Assembly: GCA_963666205.1 (NCBI GenBank)
Contig: OY762654.1
Coordinates: 1,536,001-1,600,000, forward strand
Length of the DNA stretch: 64,000 nucleotides
Origin: Synergistales bacterium
Lineage (GTDB): Bacteria > Synergistota > Synergistia > Synergistales > JAFGMB01
Reading direction: 5' to 3'
Made by a program: the position numbers and the translations under genes. The notes beneath the pieces are model-generated. The model ran no database searches, was not told the DNA's origin, and saw only the letters and a program-made list of their open reading frames with translations. Positions 26,963 through 37,602 of this stretch are shown here, in pieces. Each line of letters opens with the position of its first letter. Within the stretch, counting starts at the first letter, position 1.

Positions 26963-28867
26963 GTGAAAATATTGAAAATGATGCAAAAGGTATGTCTGTT
27001 ACTGTTTTTGTCTGTTTTGTTACTTCTGGGTGGCGTAAGTACTTCATATTCATTTCTTTCCCCATGTGACAGTCCATTAACTCTTCCAGAAACTGTTGAC
27101 ATATCTGTATTTCTTCATTCAACAAGCTACCTGAGAACGGTAATTCATGATAACCCTTCAGGAAATTCTCTCGATGAAGGCTCCAGATGTTACGAGACCT
27201 GGAACATCAACAACAGCAAAACCCTGACATGTGGACAGATCTATTCAGGTTCCATTATCTCTTCAGATTTTTATATCTCATCAGGATGGCCAGATTCTAC
27301 CCCTGTTCCTACAGACCCTGAAGTTGGGACATGGGAACTTATAACATGGCTGCTCAATCATAAAGGATCAGGCAGCCGCGAAGATATCCAGAATGCCATA
27401 TGGTATTTCACTAATAATGACAATCCTGAAGTAAGGAATTATATTCGCGGTGATTCTGAAGCTTTCGGACTTGTCCAGGGTGCTTACGAAGCAGTTTATG
27501 ATACTGTAATTTCTACAGACAACATCAGTGATGATCTTCTTCCAGGATCTTACCTGGGTTACGATCTTTGTGCCGATACGGACTTGGATTCCAAAGGACG
27601 TATTTCCCCATTGATCCTCTGCCCAGGAGGCCTTTCTAGCGGAGAATGCTCAAATCAGATGCTCATCCTTGAATATTCGAATATCTATTTGCCAGAACTT
27701 TTCGTAACAAAGTTTTATGACTCAAACTTTAACTCATGGCATGATTTGCCTGAAGAACCCTGGCTCAACATGATGCCCTGGACATTTCTCCTGAAATGTC
27801 CAGAGGATATCACTCATTTCAACTTCGACAACCTTATAGATCCAGATGCCCCTGACGTTCTTACAAATGATAAATGGTATATCCTTTGCCCTGGAAAATA
27901 TTCCATTGAAGAACCCCTGTATCCACCTTATATTTATCCGGAAATGATGGATAAATGGATGGCAACCACTCCGAATCCTCTTGAAATTGAAATTTATGCC
28001 AACACCTTCTCTCCATCACTACGTTGGGTCTGTTTTGGGAATATATGTGTGGATGATCCCGGCCATACACCTGGATTCTGGTCGAATTACCCCAAGAACT
28101 GGGACAAGGTGGACTTTGGATCCATGTCAGGACCCCAGATCCTTGCAGAACTGGACAAACTGAATCTCAAGTATTTCGACAGGGACACAGATACTCTGAT
28201 GGATTTCCATCCCAATGCCTTTGGAGGAAAGAAAAGATCCGAACCCATAGAGGGCGATACTCATAACCTGATCCCCTGGATGAGGGAAAGTAATGCAAAA
28301 GCTATGGAATATAAGCTTTCCTGCCACCTGGTCGCCATGAAACTGAACCTGCTTGCTCAGGACGATAAGAAACACAATTTTGTGGAATCAGCCAGTCTTA
28401 TCTATGTTCCTGATCTTGAAGGTTACAAAGACTGCATAATAAACTATTTCGGATCACTGGACTACAGCCTTATAGATGGTGAACTGTTTCTGGAGCCAGG
28501 CGTCAGATTCAGTCTGATCATTAAGATCGAGGATCTCATAACGCTCTCAGCAGAAGCCCTGAAAGGAGAACCTTCAGGATGGGATGAAGGCTCATGCGGT
28601 AAATACAGGGACTTTCTCAATGCCCTGCATTTGGCCCTCATGCATGGGAACAAGAATGTATCCAAAGAAGGGGAAACGATTATTTATTTCTGGCCCCTTG
28701 AGGAATGCGGATATGAAAGTCCATTCCTTTCTGCCGCAGCTCTGAACAATAGCGCACCTATAAATTCCGGAGAAGGCGGAGGAGGCGGTGGTGGCTGTAA
28801 CAACGGTTTCTCATCGCTGGGATCCCTAATTCTTCTAATACCCATGATCTTGTTCTTTAAATTCTAA
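26963..28867 (+). CDS. Secreted protein with Synergist-CTERM-like tail; possible thioester-domain-like region
   Basis: Signal peptide; IQNAIWYF; GHTPGFWSN; GGGGGGGCNNGF, TM, K. Start approximate. Confidence 0.8.
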   Translation: MKILKMMQKVCLLLFLSVLLLLGGVSTSYSFLSPCDSPLTLPETVDISVFLHSTSYLRTVIHDNPSGNSLDEGSRCYETWNINNSKTLTCGQIYSGSIISSDFYISSGWPDSTPVPTDPEVGTWELITWLLNHKGSGSREDIQNAIWYFTNNDNPEVRNYIRGDSEAFGLVQGAYEAVYDTVISTDNISDDLLPGSYLGYDLCADTDLDSKGRISPLILCPGGLSSGECSNQMLILEYSNIYLPELFVTKFYDSNFNSWHDLPEEPWLNMMPWTFLLKCPEDITHFNFDNLIDPDAPDVLTNDKWYILCPGKYSIEEPLYPPYIYPEMMDKWMATTPNPLEIEIYANTFSPSLRWVCFGNICVDDPGHTPGFWSNYPKNWDKVDFGSMSGPQILAELDKLNLKYFDRDTDTLMDFHPNAFGGKKRSEPIEGDTHNLIPWMRESNAKAMEYKLSCHLVAMKLNLLAQDDKKHNFVESASLIYVPDLEGYKDCIINYFGSLDYSLIDGELFLEPGVRFSLIIKIEDLITLSAEALKGEPSGWDEGSCGKYRDFLNALHLALMHGNKNVSKEGETIIYFWPLEECGYESPFLSAAALNNSAPINSGEGGGGGGGCNNGFSSLGSLILLIPMILFFKF

Positions 28868-28980
28868 AGAAAGCCCAAGATGATATTGGGACGAGTTTAA
28901 AAAGAATCGGGGGCAGCTTTAAGCTGCTCCCGATTGATGATTATAAGGGAAAATCCCGTGCAGCACCTTCATCGATGAAG

Positions 28981-30015
28981 TCAAGGTACCAGATTTTTGA
29001 CAAAATCAAGGAATTTCCATTTCTGAATCCTTGCCATTTCAAGAAAATAATTCCTTTTGACATGAAGAATATCAGCATTCCAGTTTGAAATACAACTTCC
29101 CAGGCCTTCTTCCATTTCGTAAAAGAAGTTTCCCCCAACAGGATCAACTTTAAAACCATGATCCAGAGTCTCAGCAAGTGCATGCATAACACTGCCTGAA
29201 TCCACTATTAGAGGTTTACCGGCTAACAGGGCCTCATAAAATCTGTTAGGCATCGCCACCTGTTGCATTTTAGCTTTACCGTATGTGGCAATAACAAAAT
29301 CAGCATGATCATAGATCCTGGCAATGTCTTTTTCGTAATTATACGATCCATGATAAATGACCCCATCCATGTAGGCATTGGTCGGTAAATTTTCCTGAGG
29401 GCCTCCCCAGATGTGGATCTCCACATCGTATCTTGAGTCACTTTTCCAGTCTATTATCTTTTCCAGGCCCTTAATGTCTCTGATGTAACCTATATAGGAG
29501 AGAATATATTTTTCTGAAAAGGGCCTTGGTTTTAATGAGGCCAGCTGCGAAGCAATTGTTTCTTGAGGATAATTTTCAATGATCACCGTAGGTGCTCTGG
29601 TAGATATGAATTGCAGGTATTCTGCACTGGTCAGAACTATGCCATCTATATCATCCGCTAAATAACGGCTCAGGAGCCAGGTTTTCAATCGCAGAGGAAT
29701 ATGTTTGAATTTACAGTGTGGAAGATCTGCTATTTCCAGCAGATAAAGGGTATGTTTTTTAGGGCTTTTCCATGGAAAGGAGAAAGACAGAAAGGCTTTC
29801 AGGCTGCTGAAGTATATCAGATCGAATTCCTGAATTCTTTTACCCAGATCCTTCAGTTTTATAGAGGGATAATTGTTCTGGAATTCCACATCTGACACCA
29901 GTTTGAAATCATCGCCACAGCAGACATAGATTTCTTTCGCAATATCAGAGAGCCAGACCAGTCTTTTCCTCATGCGGGGGTCAAAAGGACTTGTTGAAAT
30001 AACACATATTCTCAT
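28981..30015 (-). CDS. Glycosyltransferase (GT-B, GT4-like)
   Basis: DPRMRKR, YIGYIRDIKG and MPNRFYEA motifs. Confidence 0.8.
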   Translation of the reverse strand: MRICVISTSPFDPRMRKRLVWLSDIAKEIYVCCGDDFKLVSDVEFQNNYPSIKLKDLGKRIQEFDLIYFSSLKAFLSFSFPWKSPKKHTLYLLEIADLPHCKFKHIPLRLKTWLLSRYLADDIDGIVLTSAEYLQFISTRAPTVIIENYPQETIASQLASLKPRPFSEKYILSYIGYIRDIKGLEKIIDWKSDSRYDVEIHIWGGPQENLPTNAYMDGVIYHGSYNYEKDIARIYDHADFVIATYGKAKMQQVAMPNRFYEALLAGKPLIVDSGSVMHALAETLDHGFKVDPVGGNFFYEMEEGLGSCISNWNADILHVKRNYFLEMARIQKWKFLDFVKNLVP

Positions 30016-30044
30016 GAAAATCGCTCCCAGTCCAAATCATGATC

Positions 30045-31277
30045 TTAACTTGTAACATTTTCCTTTCTCTGAATTATTTCCTGAAGTAGATCATAGTATT
30101 TACCGGTACATTTTTTCTGAGAATATTTCTTTCTGAAAGAGTTAGTCGCATTTTCAGATAGAGTTTTGTAATATACAGGATCATTCTTCATCTGCAGTAC
30201 CTGATCTACAAAAATATCTACTGCACCATTGGGACAGACTACTCCAGACCCGTCTTCATTTATGACAAGACCTGTTTCAGAGAATTCGGGAACAATAGCC
30301 AGAATGGGCTTTCCCGCACTTAGATAGTAATAGAGTTTGCTCGGGACAGATAAACCCCTGGAAGTATCTCTCAGAGTGACCACAAAGGCGGAGGCTCTTC
30401 TCAGCAACTCCTGATATTGGTCTTCGGGTAAAAAATCCGAAAAGGTGATATTCCCAAGCCCCTTTCGTTTCACATAGTTTTCCCAGAAAATTCTTTTCCT
30501 CCCATTGCCCACCAGGAGAAAATGTATGGTTTCATCATTTTTTTCAATCTCTTCTGCTGATCTGAAAAGAGTTTCAAGATCAGCAGTTTCACCAAAGTTT
30601 CCGGCATACACAACCAGGAAAGAGTGGTTCATTGAATTAACCGTAATTTGACTTTTTAAGGGTGATTCAGGCAGTTCTCTACCCCAATTGGGAATATAGG
30701 AGATCTTTTCAGGAAGAACCTTGTATTCTTTCACCAGATACTGTTCCACATCCCTCCCAAGAACGACGATCCTGGAGGCATTTCTGAACAGGGATCTATT
30801 CTGCCCTTTTAAGATAACAGCTAAGGGATTATACCTTGAGATCTGCTGACGACGAATGGCAGGATCCGGGTCGAGATCATGGAGTATGAGCACAAAGGGT
30901 CTTGATCGCTTCAAACAGACCTTTAAAACATGAAAAGCAACGAATAAGGGCGGGAAAACCACCATAACGGATCTGGCATTCAACTTTTCCTGAAATTTCC
31001 TGGCTTCCAGGGCAAAACCGAGATAGAGCAGAGATTTCTGCCATGCCTTGTTTTTATCAAATTTGGGAAATTCGGCTCTGAACACATCACATCCTCTTAT
31101 ATGCTCAGAGGATGGATATTTTTCTTCTGGGTCATAGTAAGACCGATTCTGTGTAAAAACAGCCACTTTCAGCCCCTTTTCAGCCATGTCTGTGGCCAGG
31201 TCATACATTAACTTTGATGTTGCAGCTATGTCAGGATAAAAAGTCAGAGTTACAAGACAGACATCGTATTTATCCAT
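30045..31277 (-). CDS. Glycosyltransferase family 4
   Basis: FYPDIAATS, YIPNW, YAGNFG and SVPSKLYYYLSAGKP motifs. Confidence 0.92.
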   Translation of the reverse strand: MDKYDVCLVTLTFYPDIAATSKLMYDLATDMAEKGLKVAVFTQNRSYYDPEEKYPSSEHIRGCDVFRAEFPKFDKNKAWQKSLLYLGFALEARKFQEKLNARSVMVVFPPLFVAFHVLKVCLKRSRPFVLILHDLDPDPAIRRQQISRYNPLAVILKGQNRSLFRNASRIVVLGRDVEQYLVKEYKVLPEKISYIPNWGRELPESPLKSQITVNSMNHSFLVVYAGNFGETADLETLFRSAEEIEKNDETIHFLLVGNGRKRIFWENYVKRKGLGNITFSDFLPEDQYQELLRRASAFVVTLRDTSRGLSVPSKLYYYLSAGKPILAIVPEFSETGLVINEDGSGVVCPNGAVDIFVDQVLQMKNDPVYYKTLSENATNSFRKKYSQKKCTGKYYDLLQEIIQRKENVTS

Positions 31278-31334
31278 TAATCTCACCCTGGAATAATCCA
31301 TTATTCTTGGTTCTGCTGATCTTAAATGCCTCCA

Positions 31335-32495
31335 TCATTTCCTTTTGTCCATTTCCTGTTTGTGTTTCATGATACTCTGAATTGAAAAAGTCAGGAAAGG
31401 AAATGGATCATCTATGGCAAAAACCTGATCGTGGGTGTTTTTCATGCTGAACCATGATGGTTCTGATCGAAATCGGTCTGGTGATCGAATGAACCATAGC
31501 AGGTCTGTGTGGATACACCTTAATCTGATCCCCTGATCATATTCAAGAAATTCCGATACTTCTTCTCCCAGTGCCAACTCAATGATCTGCCTGGCAATGT
31601 TGATCCCTGCCATAAACAATATCTTTACACTGGCGGAAGCTCTCGGATTGATTTCCATTACTTTGGCAATACCATCCCTCGGATCATATATCAGATCAAT
31701 GTCTGCACAGCCTCGCCAACCTATCTCCTTCAGCAGTCTGCTGCAATTATCTATGATCTCAGGCTCTTCAACGGTGATATTTAAAGTGCTTGACCCTCCG
31801 TTGACCGGATACCAGCGATTCTTGGAAAAGCATAAAGCAGTTTTTACAGAATTGTTATTGTCCAGGAACATGGCGGCTTCGTATTGTATTTCCGTCTGTG
31901 GGATGTACTCCTGAATAACATAATCAGATATGACTTCCTTAATACTCATTAAATAATCCTTCAGGACTGTTTCCGTATCAAACCTTTTAAAGCCGATGGC
32001 TCCATGACTCTTTCTTGGCTTGACCACCATGGGAAACGTCAATTCACTGAAATTGATCTGATCTGTATCAGTGATGTCGAATAACGTCCGGGGACAGGGA
32101 ATTCCTTTATCCATACATATCTTCATCGTATTTAGTTTGTCATAGGCCACATTAAAAAGTCCTTCATCCACTACTGCCACTTTTGCATACTTTTCGATCT
32201 CTTTCTTGTGGTGTGAAAGGTGTTCCAGTGTTTCATCTGAAGTACCTATAACAACATCGATCTTCATATGTTTAACGATAGAGCATGTTTTCTCTATCAG
32301 ATATTCAGAGTCACCTTTTATTTTCCTGTCCAGGATCTTTCTATGGGCATACCTTGTATTGTTTCCATTATCCAGCCTGGAAGAATTAAGGGTTACCACA
32401 CGGCAGCCAAGGTCATGACAGGCCCTGGCAAAAGGCAGGGTCTGCCTGTCCTTACCGTCGATCAATAACACTACAATATCTTTGTAATCTTTCAT
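31335..32495 (-). CDS. ATP-grasp domain protein
   Basis: DKLNT, FPMVVKPR, IQEYIP and MEINPR motifs. Confidence 0.9.
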   Translation of the reverse strand: MKDYKDIVVLLIDGKDRQTLPFARACHDLGCRVVTLNSSRLDNGNNTRYAHRKILDRKIKGDSEYLIEKTCSIVKHMKIDVVIGTSDETLEHLSHHKKEIEKYAKVAVVDEGLFNVAYDKLNTMKICMDKGIPCPRTLFDITDTDQINFSELTFPMVVKPRKSHGAIGFKRFDTETVLKDYLMSIKEVISDYVIQEYIPQTEIQYEAAMFLDNNNSVKTALCFSKNRWYPVNGGSSTLNITVEEPEIIDNCSRLLKEIGWRGCADIDLIYDPRDGIAKVMEINPRASASVKILFMAGINIARQIIELALGEEVSEFLEYDQGIRLRCIHTDLLWFIRSPDRFRSEPSWFSMKNTHDQVFAIDDPFPFLTFSIQSIMKHKQEMDKRK

Positions 32496-32525
32496 ATGAC
32501 TGACCTCATCAATATCCGGACTGGA

Positions 32526-33371
32526 TCACAAAAGATCAAGATCTTCCCTGAGGAAGAGACCTATCGGTTTAGTTGGATCAGGAAAAGAGGAAAATAAGTG
32601 TTCCAGTTTTTTTTGTGCCCAGGCAAGACCATAATAATGTCTGAACCTTAAACCCCATTTAATTGTTCTTATGTAAGGCTGATGAACATCTATTTCCCAT
32701 GGATGAAAATAGAACAGATAAAATCCGTTTTCAGCAAGATATTTTTCAACAAGAATGTGAAAAAGAGAAAAAGGAATTAACCTGAAATATCCTCCCCCGG
32801 ATATGGGAATAGTATTTTTTGCAAAGGACAAGACAGGTAAAGGACATTCAACAACGCCACTTTTATGAACAAAAGGACTATTGCAATCACCAGATTCCAG
32901 TTTTCCGTATCTGGAATTTCTTTTGAACTTAATAAAACTTGAATCATATTTGAAACCATTTGTATGTAAAACATCCATAACAACTTCACTTACCGAAAAA
33001 CATGGTGCTCTGTACCCTATAACATCCCTGTCAATTATATTTTCAAGTATGGTTTTACTTTTCACTATATCCGTAACTATCTCTTCCTTACTCATTTTTG
33101 AATTCAGCTGGTGAGAATAACCATGCGAAGCAATTTCGTGTCCCCTTGAATAGATCTCGGAAACAAGGTCCGGCAATCTTTCAGCGATCCATCCCAGCAC
33201 AAAAAAAGTTGCCTTGAATTGATATTTATCCAGTAGGTCCAGAAGATCCCGTGTATGAGTTTCAACTCTGAGTTTCTGTGAATTCCAGCTGGAAAGAGGA
33301 AATTCAGATCGAAGGTTTTCAACCTGGAACCAGTCTTCAACATCAAAAGAAAGACATACTGTTTTCTTCAT
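32526..33371 (-). CDS. Polysaccharide deacetylase (DUF3473/XrtA-associated type)
   Basis: SFDVEDWFQV, ATFFVLGW, HEIASHGYSH, GYRAP, GGGYFR and FYFHPWE motifs. Confidence 0.92.
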   Translation of the reverse strand: MKKTVCLSFDVEDWFQVENLRSEFPLSSWNSQKLRVETHTRDLLDLLDKYQFKATFFVLGWIAERLPDLVSEIYSRGHEIASHGYSHQLNSKMSKEEIVTDIVKSKTILENIIDRDVIGYRAPCFSVSEVVMDVLHTNGFKYDSSFIKFKRNSRYGKLESGDCNSPFVHKSGVVECPLPVLSFAKNTIPISGGGYFRLIPFSLFHILVEKYLAENGFYLFYFHPWEIDVHQPYIRTIKWGLRFRHYYGLAWAQKKLEHLFSSFPDPTKPIGLFLREDLDLL

Positions 33372-33673
33372 AAAGGTATCCTCCAACAGAGCCTCATAAA
33401 ATAAAACGAAGGAATATCTGGAAGATCTTTAAATTAATGAAAAAGGAGAAAGTGGTTATTTTAAAACATATACGAGGTAAGATATAGATGATGTTATATC
33501 AGAAATGGGAAAGAGCTCTTCTGTTTAGTTGTTTAAAATATCTCATAATTTATATGTTAAGTCAAGAAATTGTCAAGCTGATAATTTCAGCTGATACCGA
33601 CCATCTAAATACCTTTATACTATTAACAGAATTACAGTATTATTCACTTGAGAATCCTTTTGAAGGGATGGTT

Positions 33674-34195
33674 ATGATAATGGATGAAAAATTGGAGGTC
33701 ATCAAGGGAGACATAACAAAACTGAAAGTGGATGCCATCGTGAACGCTGCAAACACTTCACTTCTGGGCGGAGGCGGAGTTGACGGGGCAATTCATCGGG
33801 CTGCAGGACCACAATTGCTCGAAGAATGCCGCACCCTTGGCGGATGTCCTACTGGAGATGCAAAGATAACAATGGCCTACAACCTGCCGTCAAAATACGT
33901 GATCCACACTCCCGGTCCCGTATGGAGAGGCGGAAAGAGGAGAGAATCAGAACTCCTTGCGTCATGCTACCGCAGGAGCCTCGAACTGGCCGTGGCTCAT
34001 GACTGCAATAGCATAGCCTTTCCAGCCATAAGCTGCGGAATTTACGGCTACCCCCTGGAACAGGCAGTTGGAATAGCGGTTGGCGAGGTTAGGGCATTCC
34101 TCGAAAAAGACAAAACACTGAAAAAAGTATATTTTGTCTGTTTTAGTGACGAGATCTACGGTGAATATGAAAGGGCTCTTTCTGAATTAAGCTAG
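33674..34195 (+). CDS. Macro-domain O-acetyl-ADP-ribose deacetylase (YmdB-like)
   Basis: [20 protein letters not shown] and [12 protein letters not shown] motifs; start shortened relative to the ORF track. Confidence 0.95.
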   Translation: MIMDEKLEVIKGDITKLKVDAIVNAANTSLLGGGGVDGAIHRAAGPQLLEECRTLGGCPTGDAKITMAYNLPSKYVIHTPGPVWRGGKRRESELLASCYRRSLELAVAHDCNSIAFPAISCGIYGYPLEQAVGIAVGEVRAFLEKDKTLKKVYFVCFSDEIYGEYERALSELS

Positions 34196-34309
34196 GAAAA
34201 ATATTTTGTCTTTAAGCTTAATACCGATAAAAAAAGAAATGGCACCCCTTCAAGCTGAATTTATATCAGATAGAAAGGGTCACCATTTCTGCAAAAATCT
34301 TGTATTGTC

Positions 34310-35782
34310 CTAGACAGGATAGGCTACATCTTCCTCCGCTTTCCCAAAACCGATATCTCTCTTGTATCTTCTGGCATATTTCCTCATGAGAAATTCTTCC
34401 GCCACCTGGGGAAATAGAACGTAACTCAATACATCCTCTGGCTTTATCATCCATATACCAAGTTTCTTCTTAGCTGACTTCAGTTCCGGTTCGATCTTTT
34501 CTCCGGGACGGCAGGTTATGGGTTCTTCATCACCAATAACCTTTTTCTGTATTTCAGGGTCTACATCTGCGGGAGGTTTACCGTAGTATCCAAGAATGTA
34601 ATTTTTCACTTCCTTTGGTACTATCTTCCATCTTTCCCCAACAAGAACATTCAAAGTTGCCTGGGTTCCTACTATCTGACTCGTAGGCGTTACAAGGGGA
34701 GGATAACCCATCTCTTTTCTTACCCTTGGCACCTCCTCAAGGACTTCCTTTATCCTGTGAAGGGCATTCTGTTCCCTAAGCTGATTTTCCAGATTGGAAT
34801 ACATTCCTCCGGGGATCTGATAGACAAGAACGTTGGTATCGGCACCTTCCATTTTGACGAAAATATCATCATACTTCCCGCGAATTGATTTAAAATGCTC
34901 AGCGACTGGAAGAAGACTGTCAAGGGTCAGTCCCGTATCGTAGGGGCCACCCTCAAGGGCTGCTGCAACAGATTCAGTAGCTGGCTGACTGGTCCGCATG
35001 GACATGGATGATATGGCACAGTCCACAACATCGGCTCCAGCCATGATTCCGGAAATATAGGCCATGGAAGCCATGCCGCTAGTGTAATGGCAGTGGATCT
35101 GGACTGGAAGACCCGTGGCTTCCCTGATGTTCGTTACAAGTTCATAAGAGACGGCAGCCGAGAGCAGACCAGCCATGTCCTTGATGCATATGGAATCGGC
35201 TCCCATGCCCTTCATCTCAACGGCAAGGTCTGCAAAGGTCTTAACGGTATGTACCGGGGAAAGGGTATAGGATATGGACATCTGGAGATGGGCCCCTTCC
35301 TTTTTGACCTGGTCCGCTGCGATCTCAAGGTTTCTCAGATCATTCAGCGCATCAAAGAGACGCATTATGTCTATTCCATTACCTACCGCCCTTTTTACAA
35401 ATTCCCTGACTGTATCATCTGCATAGTGCCTGTAACCCACAAGGTTCTGCCCTCTCAGAAGCATCTGGAGGCGGGTATTCTTAAAGTATTTTCTGAGGGT
35501 CCTGAGCCTTTCCCAGGGATCTTCATCAAGAAATCGCATGCAGGAATCGAAGGTCGCCCCTCCCCACACCTCAAGGGAATGATAACCCACCTCATCCATA
35601 CTTTCCAGAACTGGAAGCATATCCTCGATCCTAAGGCGGGTCGCCATCAGAGATTGATGAGCATCTCTAAGAACAGTCTCGGTGATCCCGACTTTCCTGG
35701 TGGAAGAGGTTTTCTCTTTACTATTCAGAAAATCCTTATCACGTTGCTTTACTCTTTTGACTTTTTTGACCTGATCTGTCAT
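34310..35782 (-). CDS. Carboxyltransferase (pyruvate carboxylase subunit B / oxaloacetate decarboxylase alpha) without a biotinyl domain
   Basis: LRDAHQSL, WGGATFD, IKDMAG and PLVTPTSQIVG motifs; no AMKM motif. Confidence 0.92.
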   Translation of the reverse strand: MTDQVKKVKRVKQRDKDFLNSKEKTSSTRKVGITETVLRDAHQSLMATRLRIEDMLPVLESMDEVGYHSLEVWGGATFDSCMRFLDEDPWERLRTLRKYFKNTRLQMLLRGQNLVGYRHYADDTVREFVKRAVGNGIDIMRLFDALNDLRNLEIAADQVKKEGAHLQMSISYTLSPVHTVKTFADLAVEMKGMGADSICIKDMAGLLSAAVSYELVTNIREATGLPVQIHCHYTSGMASMAYISGIMAGADVVDCAISSMSMRTSQPATESVAAALEGGPYDTGLTLDSLLPVAEHFKSIRGKYDDIFVKMEGADTNVLVYQIPGGMYSNLENQLREQNALHRIKEVLEEVPRVRKEMGYPPLVTPTSQIVGTQATLNVLVGERWKIVPKEVKNYILGYYGKPPADVDPEIQKKVIGDEEPITCRPGEKIEPELKSAKKKLGIWMIKPEDVLSYVLFPQVAEEFLMRKYARRYKRDIGFGKAEEDVAYPV

Positions 35783-35825
35783 TACCTCATCTCTCCTCTC
35801 TCTAAAATAGTGAAGTTAAATGATC

Positions 35826-36545
35826 TCAATTATCTGAATACAGCCTTTCCAGACAAGACTTTGCAAGAGCCCAAAGGCTCGAAATACACATTTCCTCCGG
35901 TAATGACGATGCTCCATAAGCAAGAGGGATCTCCGTACACGCTGCTATAACCGGAACCTTTTTTTCAGCCCATAGCTTTTGAATAGCACTTTCAAGCTTA
36001 AGACCTCCTTCATGGAGCCGATTTGCCTTAACCAGTTCTATACTTACCTGGACATCTCTCTGGCATTCCCTGGAAGGATAGTATAGCTTACAGGATACCG
36101 AATCGGCATAATCACCGAAAATTCCACTTTTGGTTGTTCCTTCGGTAGCCAGGAACCATGCTCCCTGGGGGCTCTTTTCCCTTGCAAGGTCAATGGTTGA
36201 TTCTACTATATGGACAAGGGGGCAGGGAAGCTCATCCCTGAAGGTATTTATAAAATAATGTGCTGTATTACATGGCACAGCAAGGATATCAGCACCCCAG
36301 TCACAAACCCGCAACAAGCCTTCCTTCAGAGCAGGAAGGGGTGAAGGCCCCTTTCCCAGGATGGCACTGCTTCTATCGGGTATTGCAGGATTAGAGTAGA
36401 GAATGATCTTCGGGTGTTCCTGATCCCTTCCAGCTGGAGCCAGAACTGCCAGCAACCTGAGAAATTCTGCTGTAGCTGCAGGGCCAAGTCCTCCAAGAAT
36501 ACCCAGCACCTTTTCAGGTGACCCTGTCATTGAAGTATCTTTCAT
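35826..36545 (-). CDS. Aspartate/glutamate racemase family protein
   Basis: GILGGLGPAAT, PCNTAH and ACTEIP motifs (two catalytic Cys). Confidence 0.93.
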   Translation of the reverse strand: MKDTSMTGSPEKVLGILGGLGPAATAEFLRLLAVLAPAGRDQEHPKIILYSNPAIPDRSSAILGKGPSPLPALKEGLLRVCDWGADILAVPCNTAHYFINTFRDELPCPLVHIVESTIDLAREKSPQGAWFLATEGTTKSGIFGDYADSVSCKLYYPSRECQRDVQVSIELVKANRLHEGGLKLESAIQKLWAEKKVPVIAACTEIPLAYGASSLPEEMCISSLWALAKSCLERLYSDN

Positions 36546-36707
36546 CGCTTTTTCCTCCCATTTACATAACTCTTTATGATACACGGTATTGCGAACTTTT
36601 CTCTTACATATTCATTCAGGTAATTATATATAAAACGGCGGGAGTCAGAAGACTTTCCGCCGTTTTTGAGGGGGGGGGTATTACAATCAAGTAGAATCTA
36701 CCGTTCG

Positions 36708-37520
36708 TTAAATTAATAGATCCATGCCGGTCTTTCCCAGAGAAACATTCTGCTCTCTTCTGTAAAGTTCAGCCGCAGCAAGGAAACCGGTACAATGACA
36801 TGGTATCCACTGTTTAACAGAGAACCTCTCAACCAGAACATCAACGATCCTGGAGGCATACTCTTTAGACTTTTCCCCAATATGCATACCACCAATTACA
36901 GAATAGAATTCCCTGGTCTGAAAGTGTGAGGAAATCTCTTCCATAATATTCACTATACCTGCATGGGCACAACCAAGTATCACGCTTAAACCCAATTCTC
37001 CTTCCACAACAATAGAGATGTCATCCTCAAAACTGTCCGTTTTCCAGCCTTCTCCTGAGGGCAGCTGCAGGTGCTTTGGAGTGGAGAAAAACTCAGGATC
37101 CCGTTTATCCATTGGAATCTCTACTGCCCAGACTTTGTCGGTAATGAGAGTCCTGCCCTTGACAGGGCGGAAATCAAGAGATCCTTTATTCATATGACAG
37201 CCTATAAAATAACGCTTGTCATTCTTAAACCTTGTATGGGAACACTCTATCCCGGGATGAGCCCATACCGGGATATTGCCGGCTTCAATAAGTATCTGGC
37301 CTAACATACTGGTATGGTCATAATGCCCATGACTCAATACAATCTGATCCGTCTTTTTAAGATCGATACCCAGTCTTGGAGCATTATGAAGGATAGATTC
37401 CCCCTGACCTGTATCTATCAATATGTTCTCTTTTCCCGTTTCGAGCCAGAAGCTTAATCCATGCTCCGCTTTGAGGTCCTGTCTACCGCATAGATTATCC
37501 ACAAGTATCGTTAATTTCAT
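36708..37520 (-). CDS. MBL-fold metallo-hydrolase
   Basis: AEHGLS, LSHGHYDH, GCAHAG, GGMH and CHCTG motifs. Confidence 0.92.
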   Translation of the reverse strand: MKLTILVDNLCGRQDLKAEHGLSFWLETGKENILIDTGQGESILHNAPRLGIDLKKTDQIVLSHGHYDHTSMLGQILIEAGNIPVWAHPGIECSHTRFKNDKRYFIGCHMNKGSLDFRPVKGRTLITDKVWAVEIPMDKRDPEFFSTPKHLQLPSGEGWKTDSFEDDISIVVEGELGLSVILGCAHAGIVNIMEEISSHFQTREFYSVIGGMHIGEKSKEYASRIVDVLVERFSVKQWIPCHCTGFLAAAELYRREQNVSLGKTGMDLLI

Positions 37521-37602
37521 TTAAGACACTCTCCCTTACGAAGGGCTTATTTCCTTATGTGAAACAATGGTCTTATCCGTTTCGTGTCCTCTTTCCCAAA
37601 GT

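Noticed and set aside
33488-33673. ORF-track N-terminal extension of the macro-domain protein (similar for RAYT, TctC and the FAD oxidoreductase)
   Set aside because: Family homology and SD placement support downstream starts.
35087-35950. Long antisense ORFs (this one, 200-610, 3144-3953, 44582-45082, 62749-63333 and others)
   Set aside because: Shadows of well-supported genes on the opposite strand, with no motifs or RBS.
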